Notes under the pieces: model-generated
The model's input: the letters and a program-made list of their open reading frames with translations, nothing else
Database searches by the model: none
What the model was told of the DNA's origin: nothing
NCBI GenBank assembly: GCA_036279355.1
Contig: DASUJH010000020.1
Location: 135,902-199,901, forward strand
DNA length: 64,000 bases
DNA from: Gemmatimonadales bacterium
GTDB lineage: Bacteria > Gemmatimonadota > Gemmatimonadetes > Gemmatimonadales > GWC2-71-9
Direction of reading: 5' to 3'
Made by a program: the position numbers and the translations under genes
Part shown: positions 1-9,829 of the stretch, piece by piece
How positions within the stretch are numbered: the first letter of the stretch is position 1
Layout: every line of letters begins with the position of its first letter

Positions 1-1281
1 GGGGTCGGAGAGCAGGCGGCGAAGAAACATCTGGTTGGTCGAGATGCCGACGACGACCAATTCATCGAGCGCGCGCCTCATGCGGGAGAGCGCGGCACCC
101 CGGTCTGGTGCCCAGACGATGAGCTTGGCGAGCAGCGAGTCGTAGTAGAGCGTGACTTCGTCGCCGATGCCGACGCCGGCATCCCAGCGCACGCCCGGGC
201 CCGCCGGCACCTGGAGATAGGCGATGCGGCCGGTGGACGGCAGAAAGCCGTTCGCCGGATCTTCGCTCGTGATCCGGCACTCGATGGCCCAGCCGCGCGG
301 CGCGAGCGGACCCTGGGGCACGCGCATCGGGAGCCCGCGCGCAATGCGAAGCTGCTCGCGCACGAGGTCCACCCCGTACACGAGCTCGGTCACGGGGTGC
401 TCCACCTGGATGCGGGTGTTCATTTCCAGGAAGTAGAACGCGCCATCCGAGGCAAGCAGGAACTCGCAGGTACCGGCGCCGCGATAGTTCACGGCACGCG
501 CCGCGGCCACGGCCGCCGCACCCATGGCCGCGCGCAGCGCGGGGGTCACGGCCACCGAAGGCGCCTCCTCAACCACCTTCTGGTGCCTCCGCTGGATCGA
601 GCACTCGCGCTCCCCCAGATGCACGGTGCGCTCGGCGTCGGCCAACACCTGGATCTCGACGTGGCGCGGCGCGACGACGTACTTCTCCAGGTACACGGCG
701 GGGTCGCCGAACGCCTTTGCCGCTTCCGAGCTCGCGGCCTCGAGCGCACCGGCGAGCTCGGACGCTTCCCGCACCACCCGCATCCCACGGCCACCGCCGC
801 CAGCCGCCGCCTTCACCATCACCGGATAGCCGAGGTCGTGCGCCAGCGTGCGCGCGGCCGCCTCATCCGTCACCGGCGCCATGGCGCCGGGCACGGTGGG
901 CACGCCGGCCGCCTGCATACAGCGGCGGGCCGCCGTCTTGTCGCCCATGGCGCGGATGGCCTCGGCCGGCGGGCCGATGAATACGAGACCCGCCGCGTCG
1001 ACCGCTTCGGCGAACGCGGCGCGCTCGGCCAGAAAGCCGTAGCCCGGATGCACGGCATCGGCGCCCGCACGCGCGGCCGCATCAAGCAGCCGGTCGATGT
1101 TGAGATAGCTCTCGGTCGCCGGCGGCGGGCCGATCGGGACGGCGAGATCGGCCGCGCGCACGTAGGGGCTCGTGCGGTCGGCCGCCGAGTACACGGCCAC
1201 GGCCTCGAGACCGTCCTCGTGACACGCGCGGATGATGCGGAGGGCGATCTCGCCGCGATTGGCAATCAGGACGCGCTTCAC
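1..1281 (-). CDS. Biotin carboxylase (ATP-grasp alpha subunit of an acetyl/propionyl-CoA carboxylase); its 3' end lies outside the window
   Basis: The frame is open from the window edge to GTG at 1279-1281, so it is absent from the ORF track. My translation reads [36 protein letters not shown]... and ...[19 protein letters not shown]..., both hallmark biotin-carboxylase segments. The GTG overlaps the upstream stop as GTGA. Confidence 0.9.
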   Translation of the reverse strand, partial: MKRVLIANRGEIALRIIRACHEDGLEAVAVYSAADRTSPYVRAADLAVPIGPPPATESYLNIDRLLDAAARAGADAVHPGYGFLAERAAFAEAVDAAGLVFIGPPAEAIRAMGDKTAARRCMQAAGVPTVPGAMAPVTDEAAARTLAHDLGYPVMVKAAAGGGGRGMRVVREASELAGALEAASSEAAKAFGDPAVYLEKYVVAPRHVEIQVLADAERTVHLGERECSIQRRHQKVVEEAPSVAVTPALRAAMGAAAVAAARAVNYRGAGTCEFLLASDGAFYFLEMNTRIQVEHPVTELVYGVDLVREQLRIARGLPMRVPQGPLAPRGWAIECRITSEDPANGFLPSTGRIAYLQVPAGPGVRWDAGVGIGDEVTLYYDSLLAKLIVWAPDRGAALSRMRRALDELVVVGISTNQMFLRRLLSDP

Positions 1282-2831
1282 AGCGGCAGGTTTCCGTGCT
1301 TCTTGGGCGGGTTGCGGTCGCGCTTGGTGGTGAGTGTACGGAGGGCGTCGATGAGCCGCGGCCGGGTGTCGCGCGGATCGATCACGTCGTCGACGTAGCC
1401 GCGGCTCGCGGCGGCGTACGGGGTGGCGAACTTGGCGGTGTAGTCGTCGGTGAAGCTGGCGAGCGCCGCCGCCGGATCGGCAGCGCCGGCGATCTCGTCC
1501 TTGAACAGAATTTCCACCGCGCCCTTGGCGCCCATGACGGCGATCTCGGCCGTGGGCCATGCGAGATTCACGTCCCCGCGGATGTGTTTGGAGCTCATCA
1601 CGTCATAGGCGCCACCGTAGGCCTTGCGAGTGATCACGGTGAGCTTGGACACCGTGGCCTCGCAGTAGGCGTAGAGCAGCTGCGCGCCGTGGCGGATGAT
1701 GCCGCCATGCTCCTGCCCCACGCCGGGCAGGAACCCCGGGACGTCGACGAAGGTGAGCACCGGCATGTTGAAGCAGTCGCAGAACCGGATGAAGCGCGCG
1801 GCCTTGCCTGAGGCGCTGATGTCGAGCACGCCGGCGAGCACGGCCGGCTGGTTCGCCACCACGCCCACCGGATGTCCGCCGAGCCGCGCGAAACCGACCA
1901 CAATGTTGTCGGCGAAGCCGCGGTGCACCTCGAGGAAGTGGCCGTCGTCCACGACCCGGCGCACCACCTCGTGCATGTCGTACGGCGTGCTCGAGCTCGC
2001 CGGCACCAGGTCGAGTAACGCGTCGTCACGGCGGTCATCGGGGTCGGCCGTGACGCGGCGCGGCGGGTCGTCGACGTTGTTGAGCGGGAGAAAGCCGACC
2101 AGCTCGCGAATGGCGGCGAGGCACTCGGGCTCCGAGTCGCAGGTGAAGTGCGACACGCCCGAAGTGCCGCCGTGCACGTCGGCGCCCCCGAGTTGCTCGA
2201 AGGTGACCTCTTCGTGGGTGACCGTCTTCACCACGTTGGGGCCGGTCACGAACATGTAGCTCACGCCGCGCACCATGAAGATGAAGTCGGTGATGGCGGG
2301 GCTATACACGGCGCCGCCCGCGCAGGGGCCCAGGATGGCGCTGATCTGCGGCACCACGCCCGAGGCGAGCGTGTTGCGGAGGAAAATGTCGGCGTAGCCG
2401 CCGAGCGACGCCACGCCTTCCTGGATTCGGGCGCCGCCCGAATCATTGAGCCCGATGATCGGCGCGCCGTTTCGCACGGCGAGATCCATCACCTTGCAGA
2501 TTTTTTCCGCGTGCGCCTCGGAGAGCGAGCCACCGAACACGGTGAAGTCCTGGGAGAACGCGTACACCAGCCTGCCATCGATGCGGCCGTAGCCGGTCAC
2601 CACGCCGTCGCCCGGCACGAGCTGGTCGGCGAGTCCGAAATCCGTGGCGCGATGGGTGACGAACCGATCGAGCTCGACGAAGCTTCCCTCATCGAGCAGC
2701 AGGTCGAGCCGCTCGCGCGCGGTGAGCTTGCCCCGCGCGTGCTGGCGCGCGACGCGATCCGCGCCGCCGCCCTCTTGGGCGACCAATTGCCGCTGGTGGA
2801 GTTGGTCGAGGAGCTGTCGTGGATCGGGCAT
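1278..2831 (-). CDS. Acyl-CoA carboxylase carboxyltransferase (beta) subunit, propionyl-CoA carboxylase beta / methylmalonyl-CoA carboxyltransferase family
   Basis: ORF 1278..2951 has the conserved core [53 protein letters not shown] set the start at ATG 2831 ([11 protein letters not shown]...) because the 40 upstream codons are Ala/Arg-rich filler. Confidence 0.9.
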   Translation of the reverse strand: MPDPRQLLDQLHQRQLVAQEGGGADRVARQHARGKLTARERLDLLLDEGSFVELDRFVTHRATDFGLADQLVPGDGVVTGYGRIDGRLVYAFSQDFTVFGGSLSEAHAEKICKVMDLAVRNGAPIIGLNDSGGARIQEGVASLGGYADIFLRNTLASGVVPQISAILGPCAGGAVYSPAITDFIFMVRGVSYMFVTGPNVVKTVTHEEVTFEQLGGADVHGGTSGVSHFTCDSEPECLAAIRELVGFLPLNNVDDPPRRVTADPDDRRDDALLDLVPASSSTPYDMHEVVRRVVDDGHFLEVHRGFADNIVVGFARLGGHPVGVVANQPAVLAGVLDISASGKAARFIRFCDCFNMPVLTFVDVPGFLPGVGQEHGGIIRHGAQLLYAYCEATVSKLTVITRKAYGGAYDVMSSKHIRGDVNLAWPTAEIAVMGAKGAVEILFKDEIAGAADPAAALASFTDDYTAKFATPYAAASRGYVDDVIDPRDTRPRLIDALRTLTTKRDRNPPKKHGNLPL

Positions 2832-2915
2832 GAGCCAATAACATAGCGGCGCGGGGGACCGGCGGTAGGCCTGTGCGCGCGCGGCACGTGCGACCGCGCA
2901 ATCACTGAGCGCGCG

Positions 2916-2950
2916 CTGCGAGGGCGCGGCTGCGAGGGCGCGGCTGCGCA
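2916..2950. repeat. Tandem direct repeat: 2 full copies of the 14-mer CTGCGAGGGCGCGG plus a partial third (CTGCGCA)
   Basis: Read directly at 2916-2929, 2930-2943 and 2944-2950. It lies in the divergent intergenic region between the carboxyltransferase gene (-) and the GxxExxY gene (+). Confidence 0.6.
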
Positions 2951-3041
2951 CGCGCGTTCGAAGGGGCCGCCCGGCCGAAAAATGATGCTGTCGCGCCGCG
3001 CGGCGGCGCTACCGTGAGAGGTCCGCCTTTCCGGAGCCCGC

Positions 3042-3521
3042 GTGACCGGTCCCCTGGTGCGGCACGAACGCGTGAACCTGCTCGCGCGCGGCGTGATTGA
3101 CGCCGCGGTCGAGGTCCACCGCTGCCTCGGCCCCGGATTGCTCGAGGCGGCGTATGCCGAATGCCTGTGTCACGAGCTGCGCATGCGGGGTCTCGTATTC
3201 GATCGCGCACCTTCGCTCCCGCTCCGCTACAAGGGCCACCCGATCGTGTGCGAATGCCGGCACGACCTCGTGGTGGGCGGATGCGTCGTCGTGGAGGTCG
3301 AGGCCGGGCACACCGCGGTGCCGCTGCACGCGGCCCGCCTCGCGACTGGGCTCCGGCTCCGTGCACTGCCTCTCGGCCTCCTCATCAACTTCAACGTGCC
3401 GGACCTTCGCTCCGGCGTTCTGCGGCTCGCCGGGCCTGCCGCGTGCGTTGTCGGCAGCCGCGTCAGACTCCACTTGGCCGCGGCGGCGCGGGGTTCTGGC
3501 GCGGCGCGGGCGACGATATGA
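3042..3521 (+). CDS. GxxExxY family protein (PD-(D/E)XK nuclease-like fold)
   Basis: The ORF starts with GTG. It carries IDAAVEVHRCLGPGLLEAAYAECLCHEL (the GxxExxY signature G-LLE-AY), then VVEVEA and LLINFNVP, as in this family. Confidence 0.8.
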   Translation: MTGPLVRHERVNLLARGVIDAAVEVHRCLGPGLLEAAYAECLCHELRMRGLVFDRAPSLPLRYKGHPIVCECRHDLVVGGCVVVEVEAGHTAVPLHAARLATGLRLRALPLGLLINFNVPDLRSGVLRLAGPAACVVGSRVRLHLAAAARGSGAARATI

Positions 3522-3548
3522 TAGGGAACCGCGTCACGAAGGAGGCTC

Positions 3549-4295
3549 ATGCATTCGCGGTTCACTGCTGTCGCCGCGGCGCTTATCGCCTCGGCGCTGG
3601 TCTCGTTTCGTTCGCTCGCAGCGCAACAGCCGGACACCGCCAGCGGTCTCTCGATCACGGCCAACGTGGGTCTGGTCGACGCAACCGGAAACACCGATCT
3701 CACCACCCTCAGCACCATCGAGCGCGCGGATCTCCGGCCGGCGGGCTCACCCTGGCAGCTCACGCAGACGTTCGAGTGGGTGTTTGGCAACGCGAACGGG
3801 CAGACCTCGGCGAATCTGCTCAACCTGGGCGGCCGGGCGGCGTACGGCATCTCGTCCCGCATCCAGGTGTTCGTCGGGGTCGCGTACGGACGCGACCGGT
3901 TCGGCGGCATCGCGCGGCAATTTGAGGAGCAGGCCGGCGTCACCCTTCTCGCGCTCGATACGCCGGTCAACCGCCTGCAGCTCGAGGCGGGTGGCGCTAT
4001 CACGCGGCAGCGTACCACGCTCGGCATGGACGATAACTTCGTCGCCCTGCGCGCGGCCGGCGACTACGTCCACTATCTCGCAAAGTCGACCTACCTGGAG
4101 CAGAGCGTCGAGCTCCTGCCCGACGTCGACGACGCCGCGGACGTCCGCATCAACTCGACCAGCGCCCTGGTGGCGCCGCTCTCGCAGCGGTTCGCGCTCA
4201 AGGTGTCGTACGTAATCCGGTTCGACAACGTGCCGCCGCCCGGCTTCAAGAAGACCGACCGCGTGCTGACATCGGGATTGCAGGTCACCTGGTGA
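3549..4295 (+). CDS. Outer-membrane beta-barrel protein, DUF481/YdiY-like
   Basis: GAAGGAGG lies just upstream of the ATG. The signal peptide is MHSRFTAVAAALIASALVSFRSLAAQ. The sequence has an alternating strand-like pattern and an aromatic C-terminus ...TSGLQVTW. The family assignment is from memory of DUF481 and is not searched. Confidence 0.6.
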   Translation: MHSRFTAVAAALIASALVSFRSLAAQQPDTASGLSITANVGLVDATGNTDLTTLSTIERADLRPAGSPWQLTQTFEWVFGNANGQTSANLLNLGGRAAYGISSRIQVFVGVAYGRDRFGGIARQFEEQAGVTLLALDTPVNRLQLEAGGAITRQRTTLGMDDNFVALRAAGDYVHYLAKSTYLEQSVELLPDVDDAADVRINSTSALVAPLSQRFALKVSYVIRFDNVPPPGFKKTDRVLTSGLQVTW

Positions 4296-4315
4296 GCTGG
4301 ACCCCAACTAAAGAA

Positions 4316-4345
4316 GCGGCAGCCGGATCTCCGGCTGCCGCTTTG
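4316..4345. terminator. Rho-independent terminator hairpin between convergent genes
   Basis: GCGGCAGCCGG-ATCT-CCGGCTGCCGC forms a perfect 11-bp stem, followed by TTTGCC on the plus strand. AAAGAA on the other side could supply a weak U-tract for rpsA. Confidence 0.75.
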
Positions 4346-4368
4346 CCGTTGGTGGTACACCCGATTGG

Positions 4369-6078
4369 CTACGCCGGCGGCACCGCCGACTCTTCGTACA
4401 CCGGCCGCACCGGCGGAATGATCGGCTCGTCGGGGTAGTTGGTCACCATGAGCACGATCCGGTGGTGGATCGGATCCACCTCGAGGACCTTGAGGTCCAC
4501 CGCCTGGCCCTCTTTCACCGCGTCGCCCGGATTCTCCAGGTTCGCAATGCCGAGCTGCGACATCGGAACGAAGCCCTCGATGTCGTTGCCGATATCCACG
4601 ACCACGCCCTTGTCCATGAGGCGGAGCACGCGGCCCCGGAGCTCCATGTTGATCGGGTAGGTCTCCCCGATGCGGAGCCAGGGATCGTCCTGCGCCTGCT
4701 TCAATCCGAGCGAAATCCGCTTGTTCTCGGCGTCGATGTTGAGGATGACGACGTCGACCGAGTCGCCCTTCTTCACCACCTCGGAGGGGTGCTGCACCCG
4801 CTTGGTCCAGCTCATGTCCGAGATGTGGATCAGGCCATCGATGCCGGGCTCGATCTCGACGAACGCGCCGAAGCTCGTCAGGTTGCGCACTTTGCCCTGG
4901 AGCCGGGTGCCTACCGGGTACTTGAGGGGCAGCACCATCCACGGGTCCTGCTCGGTCTGCTTCATGCCGAGGGAAATTTTCTCCTCGGCCTCGTCGACCT
5001 TGAGCACCACGGCCTCGATGGTCTCGCCGATGGAGACGATCTTCGACGGATGGCGGACGTTGCGGGTCCAGCTCATCTCCGAGATGTGGACCAGCCCCTC
5101 GATGCCCGGCTCGATCTCGACGAACGCGCCGTAGTTGGTGATCGACACCACCTTGCCCTGCACCCGCGTCCCCACCGGGTACTTGGCCGCGACATCCTTC
5201 CAGGGATACTGCTGGAGCTGCTTCATGCCGAGGCTGATGCGCTCGCGCTGCCAATCGATGTCGAGGATCTTGACCTCGACCTCGCTGCCGATTTGAAGCA
5301 TTTCGGTGGGGTGGGACACGCGGCCATACGACATGTCGGTGATGTGGAGCAACCCATCCACGCCGCCCAGGTCGATGAACGCGCCAAAGTCGGTGATGTT
5401 CTTGACGATGCCCTTCCGGATCTGGCCGACGGCCAGCTCCTTCATCAGGTGCTCGCGCTTGTGGGCGCGCTCGTTCTCCAGGATCACCCGGCGGCTCACC
5501 ACGATATTCCGCCGCCGCTTGTTGAGCTTGATGATCTTGAACTCGTAGGTGTGACCGAGCAGCTCGTCGATGTTGGGCACGCGGCGAAGCGCGATCTGGC
5601 TGCCGGGGAGAAACGCGTCCACGCCCATGAGGTTCACCACGACGCCGCCCTTGATCTTCTTGATGAGCGTGCCCTCGACCGGCTGGTCGCTCTCGTGGGC
5701 GACGCGGATCTTCTCCCAGACCCGCATGAAGTCGGCCTTCTTCTTGGAGAGCACGACGGCGCCCTCCTGGTCTTCCAGGTGCTCGAGGAAGACCTCGACC
5801 TCTTCACCTTCCTTGGGCGGCTCCTTGAACTCGTCGAGGGCTACCGACCCCTCCGACTTGAACCCCACGTCGAGGATGACGGCGTTCTCGGTGACGCGAA
5901 GGACCTTCGACTTGACGATCTCCCCCTCGGCGATCTGCGACATGGTGCCCTCGTACATCGAGAGCATCTGTTCATAGTCCTGCTCGGAGTATTCCTCGTC
6001 GTAGAGATCGGGGCGAACGCGGAGGCCGGTTGGCAACGCGATCTGGGTGGGAGTGGTGTCGCGGGCCTGATCGAGCAT
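4369..6078 (-). CDS. rpsA: 30S ribosomal protein S1
   Basis: ORF 4369..6201 contains six S1 repeats: GEIVKSKVLRV, GTLIKKIKGGVVV, GIVKNITDFGAFIDL, GKVVSITNYGAFVEI, GKVRNLTSFGAFVEI and GRVLRLMDKGVVVDI. I set the start at ATG 6078 (MLDQARD...). Confidence 0.95.
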   Translation of the reverse strand: MLDQARDTTPTQIALPTGLRVRPDLYDEEYSEQDYEQMLSMYEGTMSQIAEGEIVKSKVLRVTENAVILDVGFKSEGSVALDEFKEPPKEGEEVEVFLEHLEDQEGAVVLSKKKADFMRVWEKIRVAHESDQPVEGTLIKKIKGGVVVNLMGVDAFLPGSQIALRRVPNIDELLGHTYEFKIIKLNKRRRNIVVSRRVILENERAHKREHLMKELAVGQIRKGIVKNITDFGAFIDLGGVDGLLHITDMSYGRVSHPTEMLQIGSEVEVKILDIDWQRERISLGMKQLQQYPWKDVAAKYPVGTRVQGKVVSITNYGAFVEIEPGIEGLVHISEMSWTRNVRHPSKIVSIGETIEAVVLKVDEAEEKISLGMKQTEQDPWMVLPLKYPVGTRLQGKVRNLTSFGAFVEIEPGIDGLIHISDMSWTKRVQHPSEVVKKGDSVDVVILNIDAENKRISLGLKQAQDDPWLRIGETYPINMELRGRVLRLMDKGVVVDIGNDIEGFVPMSQLGIANLENPGDAVKEGQAVDLKVLEVDPIHHRIVLMVTNYPDEPIIPPVRPVYEESAVPPA

Positions 6079-6172
6079 AGGCAAGTCTGCTGGTCCTTTG
6101 AGATGCCGCGCCCAGGGTCGCGGGCTGGGGTCAAGTGCCGCCGCGGCAGAGGCGCCCCGGCGGAAGCCTGCA

Positions 6173-6201
6173 ATGATAGCCGCAGACTCGCTCTGCCGCA
6201 A
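6173..6201 (-). promoter_or_regulatory. Candidate sigma-70-type promoter for rpsA
   Basis: The minus strand reads TTGCGG-N17-TATCAT, with -35 at 6201..6196 and -10 at 6178..6173, about 95 nt upstream of the rpsA ATG. This is a motif match only. Confidence 0.25.
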
Positions 6202-6218
6202 GGCTAAGTGGCCGTCAA

Positions 6219-6941
6219 TCAGGACTTTGGATCGGAAAGGCCGAGTCTCGGGCGGGCCAATGCGACAATCAGGGCCACCTGCTCGCCGAAATCGAGGTTG
6301 GTGGTATCGACATCAACGGCGTCGGTGGCACGGCGGAGAGGGGCCACGGCGCGGGTGGAGTCCGCATGGTCGCGAGCGGAAAGGAGAGCCGCCTCGCGTT
6401 CCACGTAGCCCGCGCCGGCCGGCAGGCCGCGCTCGGTGAGACGGCGCCCGGCCCGGGCCCGGACCGTGGCCGTGAGATAGACTTTGAGCTCGGCGTCGGG
6501 AAAGACGACCGTGCCGATGTCCCGCCCGTCCACCACCACGTGCATGCCGGCGCGCACCATCGCGCGGAGCCGCGAGTTCACCCACTCCCTCACGACCGGC
6601 ACGGCCGAGATGGCCGAGACGTGCGCCGTCACCTCGGGGCCGCGGATGGCGTCGTCTACAGGCTCGCCCTGAAGGTACGCGGCAAAGCCGTGGCCGTCCG
6701 GGTGGAGGCGAAGGCCCCATTCCTCGGCGGTGCGGAGGATCGTTTCAGGATCTACCGCTTCGAGCGGCGGGCCGCCCGCGCGGCCGACGTGTTCGGCCTC
6801 GCGAAGCGCGACCAGCGTCACGCCTCGATACAGCGCGCCCGAATCGAGGTGGGCAAACCCGAGCCTCTCGGCCACCGCGCGGGCCGTCGTGGACTTGCCC
6901 GACGCCGAGGGGCCGTCGATGGCGATGACGCTCCCGGTCAC
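6219..6941 (-). CDS. cmk: Cytidylate kinase
   Basis: The P-loop VIAIDGPSASGKSTTARAVAERLGFAHLDSGALYR is present. I chose GTG 6941 as the start because it overlaps the aroA stop as GTGA. The track ORF extends to 7007, which would overlap aroA by 70 nt. Confidence 0.85.
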   Translation of the reverse strand: MTGSVIAIDGPSASGKSTTARAVAERLGFAHLDSGALYRGVTLVALREAEHVGRAGGPPLEAVDPETILRTAEEWGLRLHPDGHGFAAYLQGEPVDDAIRGPEVTAHVSAISAVPVVREWVNSRLRAMVRAGMHVVVDGRDIGTVVFPDAELKVYLTATVRARAGRRLTERGLPAGAGYVEREAALLSARDHADSTRAVAPLRRATDAVDVDTTNLDFGEQVALIVALARPRLGLSDPKS

Positions 6942-8212
6942 CTCGACTCCCGCCGGCGAATGCTCCGGAGTGTCTCGGGAAAGCCGGGGAAGCTCACGTC
7001 GGCACACGCCAGATCGTCGATCCTCACGCGGGAGCCGGGAAGCGTACCGAGCACGGCGAAGGCCATGGCGAGGCGATGGTCGCCTGCCGTGCGGACGGCG
7101 CCGCGGGGCGGTGCCATGCCACCCTCAACCACGAGATCGTCGCCGGCCGCCTCGGCCCGGGCGCCCACCGCGCGCAGATTGGCGGCAATGAGCCCAAGGC
7201 GATCGCTCTCCTTGACCCGCAGCTCGCCCACCTCATGAAAGGTCGTGCGGCCCACGGCGCGGGACGCGAGCACCGCCAGGAGCGGGATTTCGTCGATCAG
7301 CCCGGGAATCTCCCCCGCTCCGACGTCGGTGGCGCGGAGTGCCGCCGGGCCGGCTATGAGATCGCCCACAGGCTCGTCGAAGGGTTCGGTCACATCGCCG
7401 ACGCGGACAGCCGCGCCCATGCGGTCGAGCACGCGCAGGTAGCCGGTGCGGGTCGGGTTCTGGCCCACTCCGGCAATCCGGAGCTCGCCAGCCTCGGCGA
7501 GAATGGCAGCACCCACCAGAAATGCGGCCGAGGAGGGATCGCCCGGCACTTGCATCTCGAAGGGTTCGATCCGGCCCGTGGGCGCGAACTCGATCCAGCC
7601 ATCCGGCTCCGCGACGTGATACCCGAAGGCACGCAACAGGCGCTCGGTGTGATCGCGCGACCGGCCATGGGGCTCACGGAGCGCCACTTCGGCTCCGGCC
7701 GTGACACCGGCGAGCAGGAGCGCGCTCTTGATCTGCGCGCTCGAGACCGGCATCTCGTAGCGCAGCGGCGCGAGCGGGCCGCCATGCACGGTGAGCGGAA
7801 GCCCGTCGCGGCCCTCCAGCTCGGTGAACTCGGCCCCCATCCGGCCGAGCGGATCGGTGACGCGACGCATCGGGCGGCGCCGGAGCGACGCGTCGCCGGT
7901 GAGCGTCGTGGCGAAGCGATGCGCGGCGAGAATGCCGAGCAGCAGGCGCGTGGTGGTGCCCGAGTTGCCGCAGTCGAGCGGATCAGTGGCACGGTGAAGA
8001 CGACCATGGCCGCGCACGCGCACGACGGCGCCCGGCCGGAGCGGCGATATGTCGACACCGAGCGCGCGCAGCACACGGGCGGTGGACCGGGCATCGAGGG
8101 ATGTAAGCGCACCGCCCACGTAGCTCGCGCCCCGCGCCAGCGCCGCGAGCAGGAGCGCGCGATGGGTGAGGCTCTTGTCACCCGGAACGTGCACCGTGCC
8201 GCCGACGATCAT
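6938..8212 (-). CDS. aroA: 3-phosphoshikimate 1-carboxyvinyltransferase (EPSP synthase)
   Basis: From ATG 8212 the protein reads MIVGGTVHVPGDKSLTHRALLLAALARG.... The product is 424 aa. The ATG overlaps the upstream stop as ATGA. The 98 codons further upstream in the track ORF are Arg/Pro-rich filler. Confidence 0.92.
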   Translation of the reverse strand: MIVGGTVHVPGDKSLTHRALLLAALARGASYVGGALTSLDARSTARVLRALGVDISPLRPGAVVRVRGHGRLHRATDPLDCGNSGTTTRLLLGILAAHRFATTLTGDASLRRRPMRRVTDPLGRMGAEFTELEGRDGLPLTVHGGPLAPLRYEMPVSSAQIKSALLLAGVTAGAEVALREPHGRSRDHTERLLRAFGYHVAEPDGWIEFAPTGRIEPFEMQVPGDPSSAAFLVGAAILAEAGELRIAGVGQNPTRTGYLRVLDRMGAAVRVGDVTEPFDEPVGDLIAGPAALRATDVGAGEIPGLIDEIPLLAVLASRAVGRTTFHEVGELRVKESDRLGLIAANLRAVGARAEAAGDDLVVEGGMAPPRGAVRTAGDHRLAMAFAVLGTLPGSRVRIDDLACADVSFPGFPETLRSIRRRESR

Positions 8213-9069
8213 CGCTCGAGCCCCCGCCGGAAGTCGGCCGCGACCTGCAGGTATGCGCGGAGCCCGGCAGCGTCGCGGGCCTCGACGAGTCGCCGGAGGC
8301 TCGCGAGCTGACCCTCGGCTTCGCCCAGGGCCTCCAGTATCGGCTCCTGGTTCTGCAGGAAAATATCGATCCAGAGATCCGGGCTGCTGGCGGCGAGGCG
8401 CGTCGTGTCGCGCGCGCCGCTGCCGAACGACACCGGCCCGAGCCGGCGGTCGGCGAGGAGCTTCGCAAGCAGATACGCGACAGCCTGCGGCAGGTGACTG
8501 GTCCATGCGAGCTGCCGGTCGTGCGCGGCGGGATCGATGAGCACGGGCGCCGCCTCGAGCGTATCACGCCAGAAGCCCATGACGCCACGTGCCGCGTTGT
8601 CCCCGGCGGCGCTTCCGGACGCGCACACGTAGACGACGCAGCCGCGCAGCCGGTCGGGGCGCGCATGAGCAAACCCGGATCCGTGGGTGCCGGCGAGCGG
8701 GTGCGCGCCGGCGAAGCGATCGGCGAGCCCGGCCGCCACCGCGCGGCGGACCACGGCTGCCTTGATGCTGGCCACGTCCGAGAGCAGCGCGCCGGCATCG
8801 AGCCGCGGCGCCAACCGGTCAATGAGCTCGAGCGTACTGGCGGGAGGCGTTGCCAGAATCACGAGCGCGGCGCCGCGCGCGGCGCGCTCCGGCGAGTCGG
8901 CGAGCTCGGTCACGGCCGCGGCGCGCACCGCGGCCACGCCTTCGCGCCGCTCGGGAGAGTAGCCAACGACTCGGCGTACGCCGGCAAGCCGCGCCTGCCA
9001 CGCCACCGATCCACCGATCGCGCCGAGGCCGATGACGGCGAGCGACTCAGGGCGCACGGCGGCCGGCAT
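8209..9069 (-). CDS. tyrA: Prephenate dehydrogenase
   Basis: From ATG 9069 the protein reads MPAAVRPESLAVIGLGAIGGSVA (GxGxxG), followed by DVASIK and AGAHPLAG motifs. Confidence 0.85.
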   Translation of the reverse strand: MPAAVRPESLAVIGLGAIGGSVAWQARLAGVRRVVGYSPERREGVAAVRAAAVTELADSPERAARGAALVILATPPASTLELIDRLAPRLDAGALLSDVASIKAAVVRRAVAAGLADRFAGAHPLAGTHGSGFAHARPDRLRGCVVYVCASGSAAGDNAARGVMGFWRDTLEAAPVLIDPAAHDRQLAWTSHLPQAVAYLLAKLLADRRLGPVSFGSGARDTTRLAASSPDLWIDIFLQNQEPILEALGEAEGQLASLRRLVEARDAAGLRAYLQVAADFRRGLER

Positions 9070-9253
9070 GAGCGGTGGAGAGGCGAGCGCTGTGCATGGT
9101 CCGGGGCAAGCGGGAATCGTAGCGTTGTGCGATTGGGTTCTCAACGGCGGCCCCGCCAGCCCGCACGCATCGAGCGCGGACGCGCGCCGCCAACCCGGAG
9201 CGTGCGCTTGGCTTAGCCGCATCCGGGGCGGTCGGAACGGAGGCTGTCCATGC

Positions 9254-9269
9254 TGGCCTGAGTCTTGCC
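9254..9269 (+). promoter_or_regulatory. Candidate sigma-54 (-24/-12) promoter
   Basis: The sequence is TGGCCT-GAGTC-TTGCC, with GG-N10-GC spacing as in the consensus TGGCAC-N5-TTGC. It lies about 40 nt upstream of ATG 9308. Confidence 0.4.
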
Positions 9270-9307
9270 CTTCGGCGCGGTTCAATTTGTGCCCGCGGAT
9301 CAACTCC

Positions 9308-9829
9308 ATGGCCAGACAGATGACCCGACCCGCTCCCGTCACATCGCCCAAGCAGGCGCTCTACGATGCGGTCGGCGACGTGATGCGCCACCAGGCCGAA
9401 GAGCGCGATGCGGAGCAAGCCGCCGAGCGGGTGCGCCGGGAGCGTGGGCCGATCTCGCCCGTGCTGGGCGCCTGCCTGCTCGTCCTGGTATCGGTCGGCG
9501 CCTACGTCGCCGTCGAGCGCCCCGCGTGGCTCTTTCCACCGCCGGTGCACGTCGAAAGCCACGCGGAGCTCGAGGCGAGTCTCCGGATCAGTATCGCCTC
9601 GGCCGCCCGGCGCGTCGAGCGGTTTCGCGAGCGGCACGGCCGGTTGCCGGCCTCGCTCGGTGAAGCGGGATCAGACGTGAGCGGCGTCCGGTTCCAGCCG
9701 GTGGACGGGGGACGATACGTGCTCACCGGCAGCAACGGCGACCTGTCGCTCACGTATCAATCCACCGATTCGCTGGGTGGCTTCGTCGGCGAAAGCTTCC
9801 GGACGCTGGCCGAACGAGTGCGCCGGTGA
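9308..9829 (+). CDS. Hypothetical single-pass membrane protein
   Basis: It starts at ATG 9308 (MARQMTRPAP...) and has one hydrophobic helix, ISPVLGACLLVLVSVGAYVAV. I recognise no family. It overlaps the next gene by 4 nt. Confidence 0.6.
   Translation: MARQMTRPAPVTSPKQALYDAVGDVMRHQAEERDAEQAAERVRRERGPISPVLGACLLVLVSVGAYVAVERPAWLFPPPVHVESHAELEASLRISIASAARRVERFRERHGRLPASLGEAGSDVSGVRFQPVDGGRYVLTGSNGDLSLTYQSTDSLGGFVGESFRTLAERVRR

Noticed and set aside
4700-5300. DNA-level repeats inside rpsA, for example about 4806-4880 versus about 5068-5140, which share long near-identical stretches.
   Set aside because: They are explained by the tandem S1 domains of ribosomal protein S1. They are not a mobile element or a CRISPR-like repeat.
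8213-9351. N-terminal extensions of many track ORFs. Examples are aroA to 8506, tyrA to 9351, ppk2 to 11490, glgX to 16323, dxs to 23306, pheT to 31251, prmA to 52280, hemW to 55254 and obg to 57432.
   Set aside because: The extensions are Arg/Pro-rich and overlap the upstream gene extensively. The conserved family N-terminus begins at an internal ATG or GTG that usually forms an NTGA junction with the upstream stop.
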